63,946 nucleotides of DNA from an uncultured Candidatus Saccharibacteria bacterium (GCA_964390945.1 CAYMIV010000004.1:1-63946); one strand, 5' to 3'. Counted from the first letter of the stretch, positions 43,289 to 53,317 are shown. The notes: a model not told the origin generated them from the letters alone. Numbers and translations: made by a program.

Positions 43289-44212
43289 ATGATTTCGATA
43301 GTAATACCGGTTTTCAATGAAGAGGGAAGTGTTGCAACACTGCACGCCGAATTACTCTCTGCACTCAAAGGGCTCGGGGTCCCCTTTGAAATCATTTTTG
43401 TCGATGATGGCTCAACCGACGGGACGCTCAATGAACTTAAAAAGTTGCGTCCTGCCCACGTCATTTCGTTTTCGCGAAACTTTGGAAAATCACAGGCGCT
43501 TCAGGCAGGCTTCCGCGCTGCCAAGGGAGAACTGATTTTTACGATGGATGGCGATTTGCAGGACGATCCCAAAGAAATACCGAATTTCATTCACGAACTT
43601 GAAGAGGGAAACTACGATCTCGTCTGCGGGTGGAAGGAGCGGCGCCTCGACAGCGGCGCAAAACGTGCTGTATCTAAAATAGCAAATACACTCACGGGAT
43701 TTTTTACCGGCACCAGAGTGCACGACATGAACTGCGGCTTCAAACTCTATAGAAAACAGGTGGTCGATACGATTGATCTCTATGGCGATATGCATCGGTA
43801 TATTCCGGCGCTCGTTGCGTCGTCGGGCTTTCGTATCGGAGAGGTTTCAATCAACCATCGCAAACGCGTTCACGGAGTTTCCAAGTACGGCAACTTTAGG
43901 CGTCTTCCCAAAAGCGCCTTTGATTTCATAACGCTTCTTCTCATGCGGCGATTCATGGATCGCCCGATGCATTTTTTCGGTATTATGGGGACAGTTTTTG
44001 GTCTTGCGGGCGTCATAATACTTGCTGACCTCGCCTATGTGAAGATTGTGAACGGTGAAGCAATCGGACACCGACCACTCCTCATGCTCGGGGTATTGCT
44101 CCTCGTAATCGGCGTACAACTTTTTTCATCTGGTTTTCTCGGAGAACTTCTCATCCGTCAGGGCAATCGGAGAAAGATATACACCATTCGTGAAGAAATT
44201 GACGAAAAATAG
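43289..44212 (+). CDS. GT2 polyprenyl-phosphate glycosyltransferase (GtrB/ArnC/DPM1-like) with two C-terminal TM helices
   Basis: ISIVIPVFNEEGS...FEIIFVDDGSTDGT...MDGDLQDDP, plus C-terminal hydrophobic helices. Confidence 0.9.
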   Translation: MISIVIPVFNEEGSVATLHAELLSALKGLGVPFEIIFVDDGSTDGTLNELKKLRPAHVISFSRNFGKSQALQAGFRAAKGELIFTMDGDLQDDPKEIPNFIHELEEGNYDLVCGWKERRLDSGAKRAVSKIANTLTGFFTGTRVHDMNCGFKLYRKQVVDTIDLYGDMHRYIPALVASSGFRIGEVSINHRKRVHGVSKYGNFRRLPKSAFDFITLLLMRRFMDRPMHFFGIMGTVFGLAGVIILADLAYVKIVNGEAIGHRPLLMLGVLLLVIGVQLFSSGFLGELLIRQGNRRKIYTIREEIDEK

Positions 44213-44219
44213 CCCTGCC

Positions 44220-44804
44220 ATGTCGACCGATAATTATAAAAAGCACACCTCAAAAAATTTTCTCCAGAAATTTCTCATTGAGCGTTTTTTTAAGGCGCTT
44301 ACCGAAGAGGTAATCGCTCTCAATCCCGTACGTATTCTCGATGCCGGATGCGGAGAAGGTTTTACCCTTAAGAGACTTTTGAGTAAGGGTGTAGGAGAAG
44401 TTCTTGAGGGAATTGATGTTCAGGCGGAGGCGGTCAATCTCGGTAAAAAATCACACCCCGAGCTCAATTTGCGCGAGGGAAGCGTCTACGCTCTCCCGTA
44501 CGAAGATGGTTCGTTTGATGTTGTTCTCTGTACTGAAGTACTCGAACATCTTGCGCGACCCGAAGATGCACTCAAAGAACTTCATCGCGTCTCAAGCAAG
44601 TACGTAATCGTCACGGTACCCAATGAGCCATTTTTTCAAGCCGCTAATTTCCTTAGGGGAAAGAATCTTGCGCGGTGGGGTAACGACATCGAACACATTC
44701 AGCATTGGTCAACGCGCGGCATTGCAAAATTGGTCGGGAAACATTTTAAGGTGCGAAAGACGAGAGCGCCGTTCCCGTGGTCACTCATCGTTGCTGAAAA
44801 ATGA
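44220..44804 (+). CDS. Class I SAM-dependent methyltransferase
   Basis: ILDAGCGEGFTL...FDVVLCTEVLEHL. The alternative GTG start at 44190, used by the ORF track, would overlap the GT2 gene. Confidence 0.82.
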   Translation: MSTDNYKKHTSKNFLQKFLIERFFKALTEEVIALNPVRILDAGCGEGFTLKRLLSKGVGEVLEGIDVQAEAVNLGKKSHPELNLREGSVYALPYEDGSFDVVLCTEVLEHLARPEDALKELHRVSSKYVIVTVPNEPFFQAANFLRGKNLARWGNDIEHIQHWSTRGIAKLVGKHFKVRKTRAPFPWSLIVAEK

Positions 44805-45253
44805 TAGTCTCAAACTTCAAAGGACGCGATCTGTTTCAAATCATAAAGTACGGTATCAGCGGAGTAACCGGCGCACTCATTCAAATGGGCAGTTTTTACG
44901 TCTTGGTAGATTTTTTTGGTGTATGGTATCTCTACGGCGTTGTTTTGGCATTTGTGCTATCGCTCATTATCACCTTCATGCTTCAAAAATTCTGGACGTT
45001 TGAAGATTATTCGACAAATAAGCTTAAGCGCCAATCATTCATGTACGGAGTGATTGCTGTTTGCGCACTCATTCTCAATGTCGGTTTTATGTACCTGCTT
45101 GTGGATGTGCTCGATTTTTGGCACATCACCTCACAGATTGTTGTCGTCCTCACGGTTGGTACGCTCACGTTTCTCATGAATCGTTTTCTCACATTTGCTG
45201 CGACCAAAACAGTAGTTGCCGATACGGCAACTGAGTTGAACACACCATCTTAA
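44801..45253 (+). CDS. GtrA-family membrane protein
   Basis: FQIIKYGISGVTGALIQMGSFYVLV...ITFMLQKFWTF...LTFLMNRFLTF, with 4 TM segments. There is an ATGA overlap with the upstream gene. Confidence 0.85.
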   Translation: MIVSNFKGRDLFQIIKYGISGVTGALIQMGSFYVLVDFFGVWYLYGVVLAFVLSLIITFMLQKFWTFEDYSTNKLKRQSFMYGVIAVCALILNVGFMYLLVDVLDFWHITSQIVVVLTVGTLTFLMNRFLTFAATKTVVADTATELNTPS

Positions 45254-45261
45254 CGGCGCGT

Positions 45262-45987
45262 TTATTTTTCTCTCTTCAGCTCGTAGAGGTGTTTGCGAAG
45301 AATCCAAGGCACGATGAGACCCTCATAAATAATGTGGTTTGAAATTTTTGATGTCCCATCAATTCTATTTTTGAAGAGAATCGGCACTTCTTTGATTTTT
45401 GCGCCAAGTCCGTGGGAAAACATTTTTATTTCCATGAGGAATGCAAATCCAGTCGCAGTTACTTTTTGTAAAAGTTTGTGCCTTAGCAAATCTGCGCGAA
45501 AACACTGATACCCAGTCGTGAGATCATTGATTGGAATTCCACTGACTATTCGGGCGTATAAATTTCCCCCTCTCGAAAGCATAAGGCGCCAGAGCTGCCA
45601 GTTTTGAATCCCGCCGCCTTTTACATAGCGCGAACCGAGAACAAGGTCGTGAGTTTCAATTTCCTTAAGCATTGTGCCGATAACGACCGGGTCGTGAGAG
45701 AGATCTGCATCCATGCTGATAATTGAACGGATATCCGAATGAGTATCGAGAAGGTGTCGAAACGTTTCAAGGTAGGCGCTCGCCAGACCGAGCTTCCCCG
45801 AACGCTCGCGCAGGTACAGGTTGGGAAATTTACCTTGAAGTTCCCGCACGACATCGGCGGTTTTATCCGGTGAATTATCATCAACCACCATAACGTTAAT
45901 TGTCGGATACAATGAAAAAATTTTCTCTACGAGCGTTCGTATGTTGTTCCGTTCATTGTAGGTTGGCGTGACTATAAAATCTTTCAT
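45262..45987 (-). CDS. GT2 polyprenol-monophosphate mannose/glucose synthase (Dpm1/Ppm1-like), soluble form
   Basis: VTPTYNERNNI...VMVVDDNSPDKT...MDADLSHDP. Confidence 0.9.
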   Translation of the reverse strand: MKDFIVTPTYNERNNIRTLVEKIFSLYPTINVMVVDDNSPDKTADVVRELQGKFPNLYLRERSGKLGLASAYLETFRHLLDTHSDIRSIISMDADLSHDPVVIGTMLKEIETHDLVLGSRYVKGGGIQNWQLWRLMLSRGGNLYARIVSGIPINDLTTGYQCFRADLLRHKLLQKVTATGFAFLMEIKMFSHGLGAKIKEVPILFKNRIDGTSKISNHIIYEGLIVPWILRKHLYELKREK

Positions 45988-46631
45988 TTTGGCAACTCTA
46001 AGATTATGATGCCAAGCGGAAATGGTTGCAAGAAATGTATTCGGGCTGACGGTGTTATTTTTTTGCCAATCTCAAGTAACTGCTTTTTTGTATAAAAAAT
46101 TTGTTCAGTCCACGGCCAAAGTGGACGAAGAAATCGTGGACGGGTGAGTTTATACCAGAGGGTGTGGTATGAGTATCGGTAGGGAATACTGAGGAGTGCA
46201 ATACCTCCCGGCTTTACCGCCTTGTAGTGTTCGCTCGCGACCTTAACCGGATCGTCAAAGTGTTCCATGAGCCCTTGGCTCCAGACAACATCAAATTCAT
46301 TTTCATATTGGAGTGCAAGACAGTCGCCAAGCTCGAAGGTGCTGTTCTCCACGCCCCCGTCTCTCGCGCGTTTCCTTGAAAGTTCGAGGGCTGCTTCAGC
46401 ATTGTCGACCCCGACAAGCTCACGAATTTCTCCTGCAAGGGAAAGCGAAAGTGACGCGGTTCCACAACCAACCTCGAGGAATCGTGTGTTTTTAGAAATG
46501 AACTTTCGTAAATATCGACGGAAAAACCAATTGTAGATTTGACGACCCGCATCCACGATGGTCGTAATGATTCCTCGTCGCTTCCAAATATCTTGCCATT
46601 CCTCCCTTTGGTGTGTCAGATGATGTCGCAT
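45984..46631 (-). CDS. Class I SAM-dependent methyltransferase
   Basis: FLEVGCGTASLSLSLA...FDVVWSQGLMEHF...GGIALLSIP. There is a 4-nt overlap with the downstream GT2 gene. Confidence 0.85.
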   Translation of the reverse strand: MRHHLTHQREEWQDIWKRRGIITTIVDAGRQIYNWFFRRYLRKFISKNTRFLEVGCGTASLSLSLAGEIRELVGVDNAEAALELSRKRARDGGVENSTFELGDCLALQYENEFDVVWSQGLMEHFDDPVKVASEHYKAVKPGGIALLSIPYRYSYHTLWYKLTRPRFLRPLWPWTEQIFYTKKQLLEIGKKITPSARIHFLQPFPLGIIILELPK

Positions 46632-46724
46632 ATTTCATTCAGTACGCCACAAAGTGTATCATACCGCCCTTTTTGTAACTGAATTCGTGACAGAAAAGCC
46701 CCGCATTCGCAAGATTGCGGGGTT

Positions 46725-48536
46725 ATGATGGCTCGAGTACAATGTGCACGTTTTTGTATGCGGAAAAAACTCGTTGCACTGGCGCTCGTCGCAACAATTG
46801 TGCCTATTTTTTACGTGATTGATCGGGTCGGCAGTATTGATGGTTGGCAGGGAGTGCCACCGCAGGGTATCACCGACAGTCTTCTTTACTACGCTCGGAT
46901 GCACGAGGTGGCGGATGGGCATCCGCTCATCGGTAATCCATTCATTTATGAGTATCGAGACAGCAGTTACGCGCCAGGATCATTTATTCCAGACATCCTC
47001 TCTGCGCTACCGCTTCTTTTTGGATTGTCATTCACCGCTACGATTATCCTCAACCTCTTTGTCTGGTCATTTCTCTTTCTCTTTCTAACCACGAAACTCC
47101 TTGCGCGGCTCGATGTTCATGTGCAGTGGGTTCTTCCAATCACCATACTTACGTATGTGAGCGCGTATGCATTCATGCTGCGACCGACCATCATGCAGGT
47201 TATCTACCCGCTCTTCATTTTTTTTCTCATCGCGCTCATTTCGTTCCTTCACGAACCGCTCTCTCGGAAGCGGGCACTCATCCTCGCGGTAGCATCGGCA
47301 CTCACGTTCTATGCATATAATTTCCTCGCATTCATAGTCTTTTTTTCCTGCGTATTTATTTTTATTTGGTTCCTCATACGCAAACAATTCAAAGAACTCC
47401 GTGCACTCATTATGGTTGGGCTTTATACGACAGTATTTCTTATCCCGTTCCTCATCTTCTCATTTCATCAAATGGACGGATCACTCTATACCGAAACACT
47501 CATTCGTATCGGCATGGTCCACACGCACATTCCCGCGATTGAAGCCTTCTTCTTCGGGCGCTGGGTTGTGATAGGGCTCTGTGCGTTTCTTGTTCTCGCA
47601 TACGCGCTCATTCGGAAAGAGGGTCAGTTCGCAGTAGAGCGCATTTTTTGGGTGGCTACAGGACTTTCCCTCGTGACGTGTCTTTTTCTCAACGTCATTA
47701 CAGGTGTGGAGTTTACGCTCGCGATTCACATCGGTCGGTTTGTCGTCGTGTGGGTGGCGCTTCTTTTCGGGGTTCTTTTGCATGGATGGTACACCGTATA
47801 TTTCAGCAAAGTACGACAACCAACAATGGCGCATGTTGCTCTTGGTTTTTTTGTAATGCTTCTTGCACTCGGTGTTGCAAAAAATTTACCTCGAGCAACT
47901 GGATTTTTTAGTTCTGACAACCGCGAGGCAACGTATAGAGAAGTACAAATGTACGCTGCGCCACTCGGGTGGCTACGTGAACACGCAAAGGAGGAGTCGG
48001 TAATTTGGTCCAATCTTTCCATTGGTGGGTACATCCCGATTCTGACACAGCATTATCCGCTTTTTATCGATTCCGCGAGCTCACACGTAGTCTCGGATGA
48101 AGAACTTCGAGAGCGCTATTTACTCTGGAAGAGTTTTGAGCATGTTGATTTAAGTCATATGAAGGGTGACTTCGGAAAATTAGGTGCCGGCAGAGAAAAA
48201 GAACAGCCTCTTGCGTTTAACAACCGAGTGAGGTTTTGCAATATCCTCAAGAAAATACGCGAAATACAGTGCCCGGCAATGACCGACTCAATTACGTTCC
48301 AGGGTAAAGAATATTTTGAGACCCTTGTTGAAGATTTTGGCGTGGTGAAGGGGGCGCGAGAAGACCTCTTCAGGAAGTACGGCGTTGATTACTTTGTGGT
48401 TGATACACTTCGGGACACCACCTCATTACCGTTTTCAACGAGCACTGCCGTGTATAACGACGGCAGGTTTGTCATTTACCCGATGAGCGCGTTTGGTGAG
48501 CAGAGCATGTTCGCCTCCCGCACAGATAATCGATAA
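46725..48536 (+). CDS. Large polytopic membrane protein, GT-C-like (putative polyprenyl-phosphate-sugar-dependent glycosyltransferase), paralog A
   Basis: 603 aa, with about 11 or more hydrophobic helices and a ~200-aa C-terminal soluble domain. The first loop carries ARMHEVADGHP at residues 57-67, as in paralog B. The family is not firmly recognised. Confidence 0.75.
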   Translation: MMARVQCARFCMRKKLVALALVATIVPIFYVIDRVGSIDGWQGVPPQGITDSLLYYARMHEVADGHPLIGNPFIYEYRDSSYAPGSFIPDILSALPLLFGLSFTATIILNLFVWSFLFLFLTTKLLARLDVHVQWVLPITILTYVSAYAFMLRPTIMQVIYPLFIFFLIALISFLHEPLSRKRALILAVASALTFYAYNFLAFIVFFSCVFIFIWFLIRKQFKELRALIMVGLYTTVFLIPFLIFSFHQMDGSLYTETLIRIGMVHTHIPAIEAFFFGRWVVIGLCAFLVLAYALIRKEGQFAVERIFWVATGLSLVTCLFLNVITGVEFTLAIHIGRFVVVWVALLFGVLLHGWYTVYFSKVRQPTMAHVALGFFVMLLALGVAKNLPRATGFFSSDNREATYREVQMYAAPLGWLREHAKEESVIWSNLSIGGYIPILTQHYPLFIDSASSHVVSDEELRERYLLWKSFEHVDLSHMKGDFGKLGAGREKEQPLAFNNRVRFCNILKKIREIQCPAMTDSITFQGKEYFETLVEDFGVVKGAREDLFRKYGVDYFVVDTLRDTTSLPFSTSTAVYNDGRFVIYPMSAFGEQSMFASRTDNR

Positions 48537-48545
48537 TTCAATTGT

Positions 48546-50333
48546 ATGCACTCACTCAAAGTTTTTCTCCAGGGGCATAAAGCAGCAATTGCGTTGGCAA
48601 TTCTCACCTCTCTCATTATTGCGTTTCCGCAAATCTACTTCCGTATTGACCACAAGGAACTGTACCAGGAGGGAATTGAAGCAATTGAAATGCTCCCTGA
48701 TTCGCCATGGTCTGCACGCGCTCGCGAAGTGCAAGACGGGCACCCAAAGTTGGGGGGCATTTACTATAGGGACGGAAAGGACGACCCATATATATTCCAA
48801 CCGCTCGGGTCAAACATAGTTGCCTACACGGGTAAGATTTTCGGCCTTGGCATCAACGATACGCTTCTTCTTGCGCGAATCGTATATCCGTTCGTTACGT
48901 TCATGCTCATTTACTTATTCGTCTACTCCCTCTCAAAGTATAAGCGGGCTGCACTCGCGAGCGCTTCGGTTGTATTACTCGCCGAGCCTATTCTTAGCCC
49001 CGTTGGCCTCAAGCGTTTTTTCGACGGATCACTCTGGAGCGGGACCGTACCCGTTAATTTCTTGGAACTTACAGCACCTGTCAATCCGGCAATGATTTTT
49101 ATTTTCCTCTTCGGATTTTTGGTCGTGTTTTGGAAATACTATCAAAAGCGAACATGGCAATGGGGAATCGCGAGCGCACTTCTCCTCGGGCTCAATGTGT
49201 ATACATATTTTTATGCCGCAACCTACTTATTTGCGTTCCTCGGAGTACTTGGGCTATGTTTCCTCGTCCAGAAAAAATGGAACGAGGTGCGCTCGCTCGC
49301 ATACGTTTTCTTTGGCGGTATTCTACTCGCTATTCCGTACGCCTGGAATCTCTATCAGGCATCGCTCTATCCTTCGTATGAAGAGGTGGCGCGAAGACTG
49401 GCACTCCTCGTTTCTCACGAGCCGCAATTCATCGGGATTGTTGCACTCGGTGGCATTATCGTTTTCTTCCTCGGGTTTCCGCGTGATGATAAGAGAAAAT
49501 ACATATTCGGTCTCTCACTCCTCCTTACCCCCCTCGTAACGCTCAATCAACAGGTTGTCACGGGAAAAGTTTTGCAGGCAGGACATTATCACTGGTACAT
49601 GCACCGACCGATTGCGGTGATTTTTGCAATCATCACCGCATTCTATCTTCTTCGTCGATGGAACACGCCCCAGCACTACACAAAAATACTGGCTGTTCTC
49701 ATGATTGCGGTGAGCTTTGTCGTCGGATTAAAGGTGCAGATGCTCGCATATTCGGTAGATCGCAAGGGTGGGGATGGTGGTCAGGTTGCAATTGAGCGTC
49801 AAAAATACGCTCCGGTGATGGCTTGGCTCAATGCACATGCGGCGAAAGAGGCAGTTGTCTTTGCGAATGAGGAAATATCCCGCATTGTCGGTATTTACAC
49901 ACCGCTCAACGTGTTCCATCTTCAGGTCGCACACGCAACCTTGGCCGCAACCGATGCTCGGATACGCGAGCAGATGTTTGCGTTCTATAGACTTCGCAAT
50001 GTGGACATCGAAAATGTGAGAGAGACATTCTATCGAGAACGCGCCTTTATTTCCGCACAACTCTATGGGCTCTACTATCGAGAAAAAAGCGGTCGCGACG
50101 ACGATATTCCCGATGAGATTATCGACAATATTGTGAGCGATTATGAATCAACGCTCTCTAAGCCGATTGGAGAGTGGCTCTACAGCACGTGGAGCAAGCA
50201 CCGTGTTGAGTATGTGGTGTGGAACACGGAGGCAGATCCTACATGGAACCTCGATCGATTTCTTTTTCTTACGAAAGAGGCAACTTTCGGCAACATCACC
50301 ATATATTCTTTTCCCGGAATGAAACTTCGGTAA
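48546..50333 (+). CDS. Large polytopic membrane protein, GT-C-like, paralog B
   Basis: 595 aa with the same architecture as paralog A. It carries ARAREVQDGHP at residues 57-67. Confidence 0.75.
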   Translation: MHSLKVFLQGHKAAIALAILTSLIIAFPQIYFRIDHKELYQEGIEAIEMLPDSPWSARAREVQDGHPKLGGIYYRDGKDDPYIFQPLGSNIVAYTGKIFGLGINDTLLLARIVYPFVTFMLIYLFVYSLSKYKRAALASASVVLLAEPILSPVGLKRFFDGSLWSGTVPVNFLELTAPVNPAMIFIFLFGFLVVFWKYYQKRTWQWGIASALLLGLNVYTYFYAATYLFAFLGVLGLCFLVQKKWNEVRSLAYVFFGGILLAIPYAWNLYQASLYPSYEEVARRLALLVSHEPQFIGIVALGGIIVFFLGFPRDDKRKYIFGLSLLLTPLVTLNQQVVTGKVLQAGHYHWYMHRPIAVIFAIITAFYLLRRWNTPQHYTKILAVLMIAVSFVVGLKVQMLAYSVDRKGGDGGQVAIERQKYAPVMAWLNAHAAKEAVVFANEEISRIVGIYTPLNVFHLQVAHATLAATDARIREQMFAFYRLRNVDIENVRETFYRERAFISAQLYGLYYREKSGRDDDIPDEIIDNIVSDYESTLSKPIGEWLYSTWSKHRVEYVVWNTEADPTWNLDRFLFLTKEATFGNITIYSFPGMKLR

Positions 50334-50371
50334 GTAGTGTAGAATAACCACTAATATTTCAGAAAATATAC

Positions 50372-51127
50372 ATGGAAAAAGAAAGCACCTTCAATAAATA
50401 TGCGACGCGTGGCAGTTACCACTGGCGTGAGATGAATCGAAGGGACATCAGGGCTTTCAACGCGTACCATCAGGCACACTATGATTGGATTTTGAGACGT
50501 GCAGGCGACCTTACGGGAAAGAAAGTCCTCGATGTCGGCTGCGGTGATGGCGCACTCTCGTTTTTGCTTGCGCGAGCGGGTGCTTCAGTTACCGGGCTCG
50601 ATAATGACGAACACGGTCTCGCATTCGCACACGAGAACCTCGAGCGCGAAAAAGAAAAAAACCAATCTCTCACCTACAGTTTCGTAAATGCATCGGCATA
50701 TGAAATGCCATTTGAAGACGAGACATTCGACGTTGTGGTTTCGTGTGAAGTTATTGAGCACGTTCAAAAACCGGAGCAACTTCTCAAGGAGGCGCACCGG
50801 GTACTGAAAAATGGAGGTCAGATTATTCTCACCACCCCGTATCGTCTTACCGAGGTTCCGCTCGATACCAATCATGTGAAGGAGTATTATCCCGGGGAAT
50901 TAGAAACCCTTCTTAAGGAGCAATTCAAGGATGTTTCGACAAAACTAACCCACCATGTTTTTTGGTACGGCATATATACAATGGGAGGGCTCGGCAATCG
51001 ACCGATTGGGAGATGGTTCATCAACATGCTCGTTTTCCTGTTCGGGTGGAACCCTTTCATGATTGATTACTCGAAGCCCAAGAAATTCGATTTCTTTTCC
51101 GGTATCTGCGCCTCCGGACGCAAATAA
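50372..51127 (+). CDS. Class I SAM-dependent methyltransferase
   Basis: VLDVGCGDGALSFLLARAGASVTGLDND...FDVVVSCEVIEHV...GGQIILTTP. Confidence 0.88.
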   Translation: MEKESTFNKYATRGSYHWREMNRRDIRAFNAYHQAHYDWILRRAGDLTGKKVLDVGCGDGALSFLLARAGASVTGLDNDEHGLAFAHENLEREKEKNQSLTYSFVNASAYEMPFEDETFDVVVSCEVIEHVQKPEQLLKEAHRVLKNGGQIILTTPYRLTEVPLDTNHVKEYYPGELETLLKEQFKDVSTKLTHHVFWYGIYTMGGLGNRPIGRWFINMLVFLFGWNPFMIDYSKPKKFDFFSGICASGRK

Positions 51128-51183
51128 GCAACGTTTCTTTTGGTGTTTCTTTTGAGTTAGACTAAACACGGCACTACATACGC

Positions 51184-51831
51184 ATGGGTTACCTCTACAA
51201 TATTTCAAGAATCTTGTTGCAAGAGCGCATTGCGGTATTTGGCCACTATGTGCGGGGCAGGGTGCTTGACGCGGGGAGCGGAAGTTATGATCGCTATAGC
51301 CACCTCTTCTCTTCGGATAGTGTGGTACATCTCGATATCAAAGAAGGACCGAATGTTGATGTCGTGGGGAATATTGAGAATTTGCCGTTTCAAGACTCGG
51401 AATTTGATTCCCTCATTTCCTCGCAGGTACTCGAGCACGTTGAATATCCGGAGAAGGCCGTGATGGAAATGTGTCGCGTGCTTAAAACAGGAGGACATGC
51501 TCTCGTCAGTGTCCCGCAGTGGAATGAATTACATGAAGAACCCTATGATTTTTGGCGCTACACGCGCTATGGTATTGAGTCGCTCTTCACAAGAAACGGG
51601 TTTACCGTCGTCGAGTACGCACAACTGGGCGGGTTCTTCGCAAACCGCGCTCGCATGACACACCGATACCTTACCGACCGATTCCGGCTCCACAATCGTT
51701 CGTGGGCGCGCATTGCTTCGTTCTTCTTTCGGATTTCCGGGACTCTCGCCCTCTTGCGGGACAGGTGCGACGCGAGCGCGGCAAACCGAAAGCACACGAT
51801 TGGTTGGGTGTTCGTATTGCAAAAGAAATGA
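51184..51831 (+). CDS. Class I SAM-dependent methyltransferase (Methyltransf_11-like)
   Basis: VLDAGSGSYDRY...FDSLISSQVLEHV...GGHALVSVP. Confidence 0.85.
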   Translation: MGYLYNISRILLQERIAVFGHYVRGRVLDAGSGSYDRYSHLFSSDSVVHLDIKEGPNVDVVGNIENLPFQDSEFDSLISSQVLEHVEYPEKAVMEMCRVLKTGGHALVSVPQWNELHEEPYDFWRYTRYGIESLFTRNGFTVVEYAQLGGFFANRARMTHRYLTDRFRLHNRSWARIASFFFRISGTLALLRDRCDASAANRKHTIGWVFVLQKK

Positions 51832-53078
51832 AAATTGTATTTTTACAAGATGATTTTCCGCCCCACAGTCAGGGAGGTGCAGGATTTTCCACGTGCGATA
51901 TCGCGAGAGGAATGGCGGGGCGCGGACACGACGTATCGGTGATTACGACGTGCAGAGAAGGTTCCCTGGCCGGTGAAACCGATTATCACGGGATGAGAAT
52001 TTATACAATTGCTACAAACTACGATGTTCGCTGGCGTGCATACACGAGTCTCTACAATAGAAAGGCGGTACGGAACGTTGCTCGCATTCTCAAACAAATA
52101 CAGCCCGATGTGGTTCACGTGAATAACATTCACACCTATCTTTCGTACCATAGTTTAAAACTCTCAAAACGATATGCGAAAGCAGTCGTGTTTACCGCGC
52201 GCGACACCATGGCGTTTACCTATGGAAAACTAAATACTCAAAAGTATCTCAAAGAATTCGACGCACACATCTCATGGCGCACCAACTTCGCACAAGGAAA
52301 GAAGGGGTATAACCCTCTCCGAAATTTCTTCATACGACGATATCTGCGCTACGTTGACAAAATTGTTGCCGTTTCTGAATCGCTTGCCCGCGCCTTTGCA
52401 GACAATGGCATACCCGGCGTGGGGGTCATTCACACGGGTGCCGATACGGATGAGTGGAATGTTGCCGAATCAGACGTGCAAGTCTTCAAAGAGCGTCACG
52501 GACTCACGAATAAGAAGATTATTTTTTTTGGAGGGAGGCTCGGTGAGGGGAAGGGGGGCGGAAAAGCACTTGAATCATTTTCACTTATTATTCAAAAAAT
52601 TCCCGACACGGTACTCCTGGTTGCGGGAAAGGAAAATGCCTACACGGGGCATATGCATGAATCAGCAGATACCCCAGACATTCGCAGCCACATCGTCTAC
52701 ACCGGCTGGATGGATCGCGATGCGCTCCGGGTTGCGTATGCTGCATCGGACGTTGTGCTTGTTCCTTCACTCTATCTCGACCCATTCCCGCGAATTGTGA
52801 TTGAGGGGATGGCTGCCGGAAAACCTGTTGTGGGTTCTCGCTACGGTGGAACTCCTGAAATACTCGAAGATGGCGCCACCGGATACGTAGTCAATCCCTT
52901 CGCTGTTTCGGAGATGTCTGAAAAAGTCCTCGCGCTCCTTCGAGATCCGAATCAAGCCGTGCGGTACGGAGAAGCCGGACGGTTGAGAATCAAAAAATTT
53001 TTCAGTATTGAAAAAACCGTCGAAGCGTATGAGACATTGTATAGAAGTCTTCTAGACACAAATAGTGCCCGCCGATAG
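51828..53078 (+). CDS. GT4-family glycosyltransferase
   Basis: MKIVFLQDDFPPHSQGGAGF...VVLVPSLYLDPFPRIVIEGMAAGKPVVGSRYGGTPEIL. ATG 51828 forms an ATGA overlap with the upstream stop. The track ORF starts at 51702. Confidence 0.9.
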   Translation: MKIVFLQDDFPPHSQGGAGFSTCDIARGMAGRGHDVSVITTCREGSLAGETDYHGMRIYTIATNYDVRWRAYTSLYNRKAVRNVARILKQIQPDVVHVNNIHTYLSYHSLKLSKRYAKAVVFTARDTMAFTYGKLNTQKYLKEFDAHISWRTNFAQGKKGYNPLRNFFIRRYLRYVDKIVAVSESLARAFADNGIPGVGVIHTGADTDEWNVAESDVQVFKERHGLTNKKIIFFGGRLGEGKGGGKALESFSLIIQKIPDTVLLVAGKENAYTGHMHESADTPDIRSHIVYTGWMDRDALRVAYAASDVVLVPSLYLDPFPRIVIEGMAAGKPVVGSRYGGTPEILEDGATGYVVNPFAVSEMSEKVLALLRDPNQAVRYGEAGRLRIKKFFSIEKTVEAYETLYRSLLDTNSARR

Positions 53079-53088
53079 GGCGGGCACT
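53064..53088. terminator. GC-rich 10-bp hairpin spanning the stop codon of 51828..53078
   Basis: agtgcccgcc/gatag/ggcgggcact. There is no clear T-run on either strand, so the terminator role is tentative. Confidence 0.4.
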
Positions 53089-53101
53089 CGTTCACGTGAC
53101 C

Positions 53102-53317
53102 TCACGGAGTCACCGGGAGACTCAGACCGCAATCGTCGTAGACGCGCAAGTAATAGTCGTTCTCTGCCGCCGCCGAAGACTCGTTGTGTTCCCTCGCTGT
53201 ACGGAGGGCGGTCTCCATATCAGCAAAATCATCTTCGTGCGTGAGTTCATTGCCGAAGCCATGAACTCCCACAACTCGAAACATACCCGATGGAGCCTTC
53301 AAGTCGACTGTTTCCAC
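53102..53317 (-). CDS. Hypothetical small acidic protein (71 aa from GTG 53317; the track ORF extends to TTG 53383)
   Basis: AAGGAGG lies 4 nt upstream of GTG 53317. A TTGACA (53383-53378) with a 16-nt spacer and TACTCT promoter-like site would overlap the longer start. No family was recognised. Confidence 0.45.
   Translation of the reverse strand: METVDLKAPSGMFRVVGVHGFGNELTHEDDFADMETALRTAREHNESSAAAENDYYLRVYDDCGLSLPVTP

Noticed and set aside
46699-46722. Hairpin ccccgca/10-nt loop/tgcgggg just upstream of ATG 46725
   Set aside because: It is real as a sequence feature, but it lies in a divergent promoter region with no upstream gene to terminate on either strand. There is too little evidence to assign it a role.
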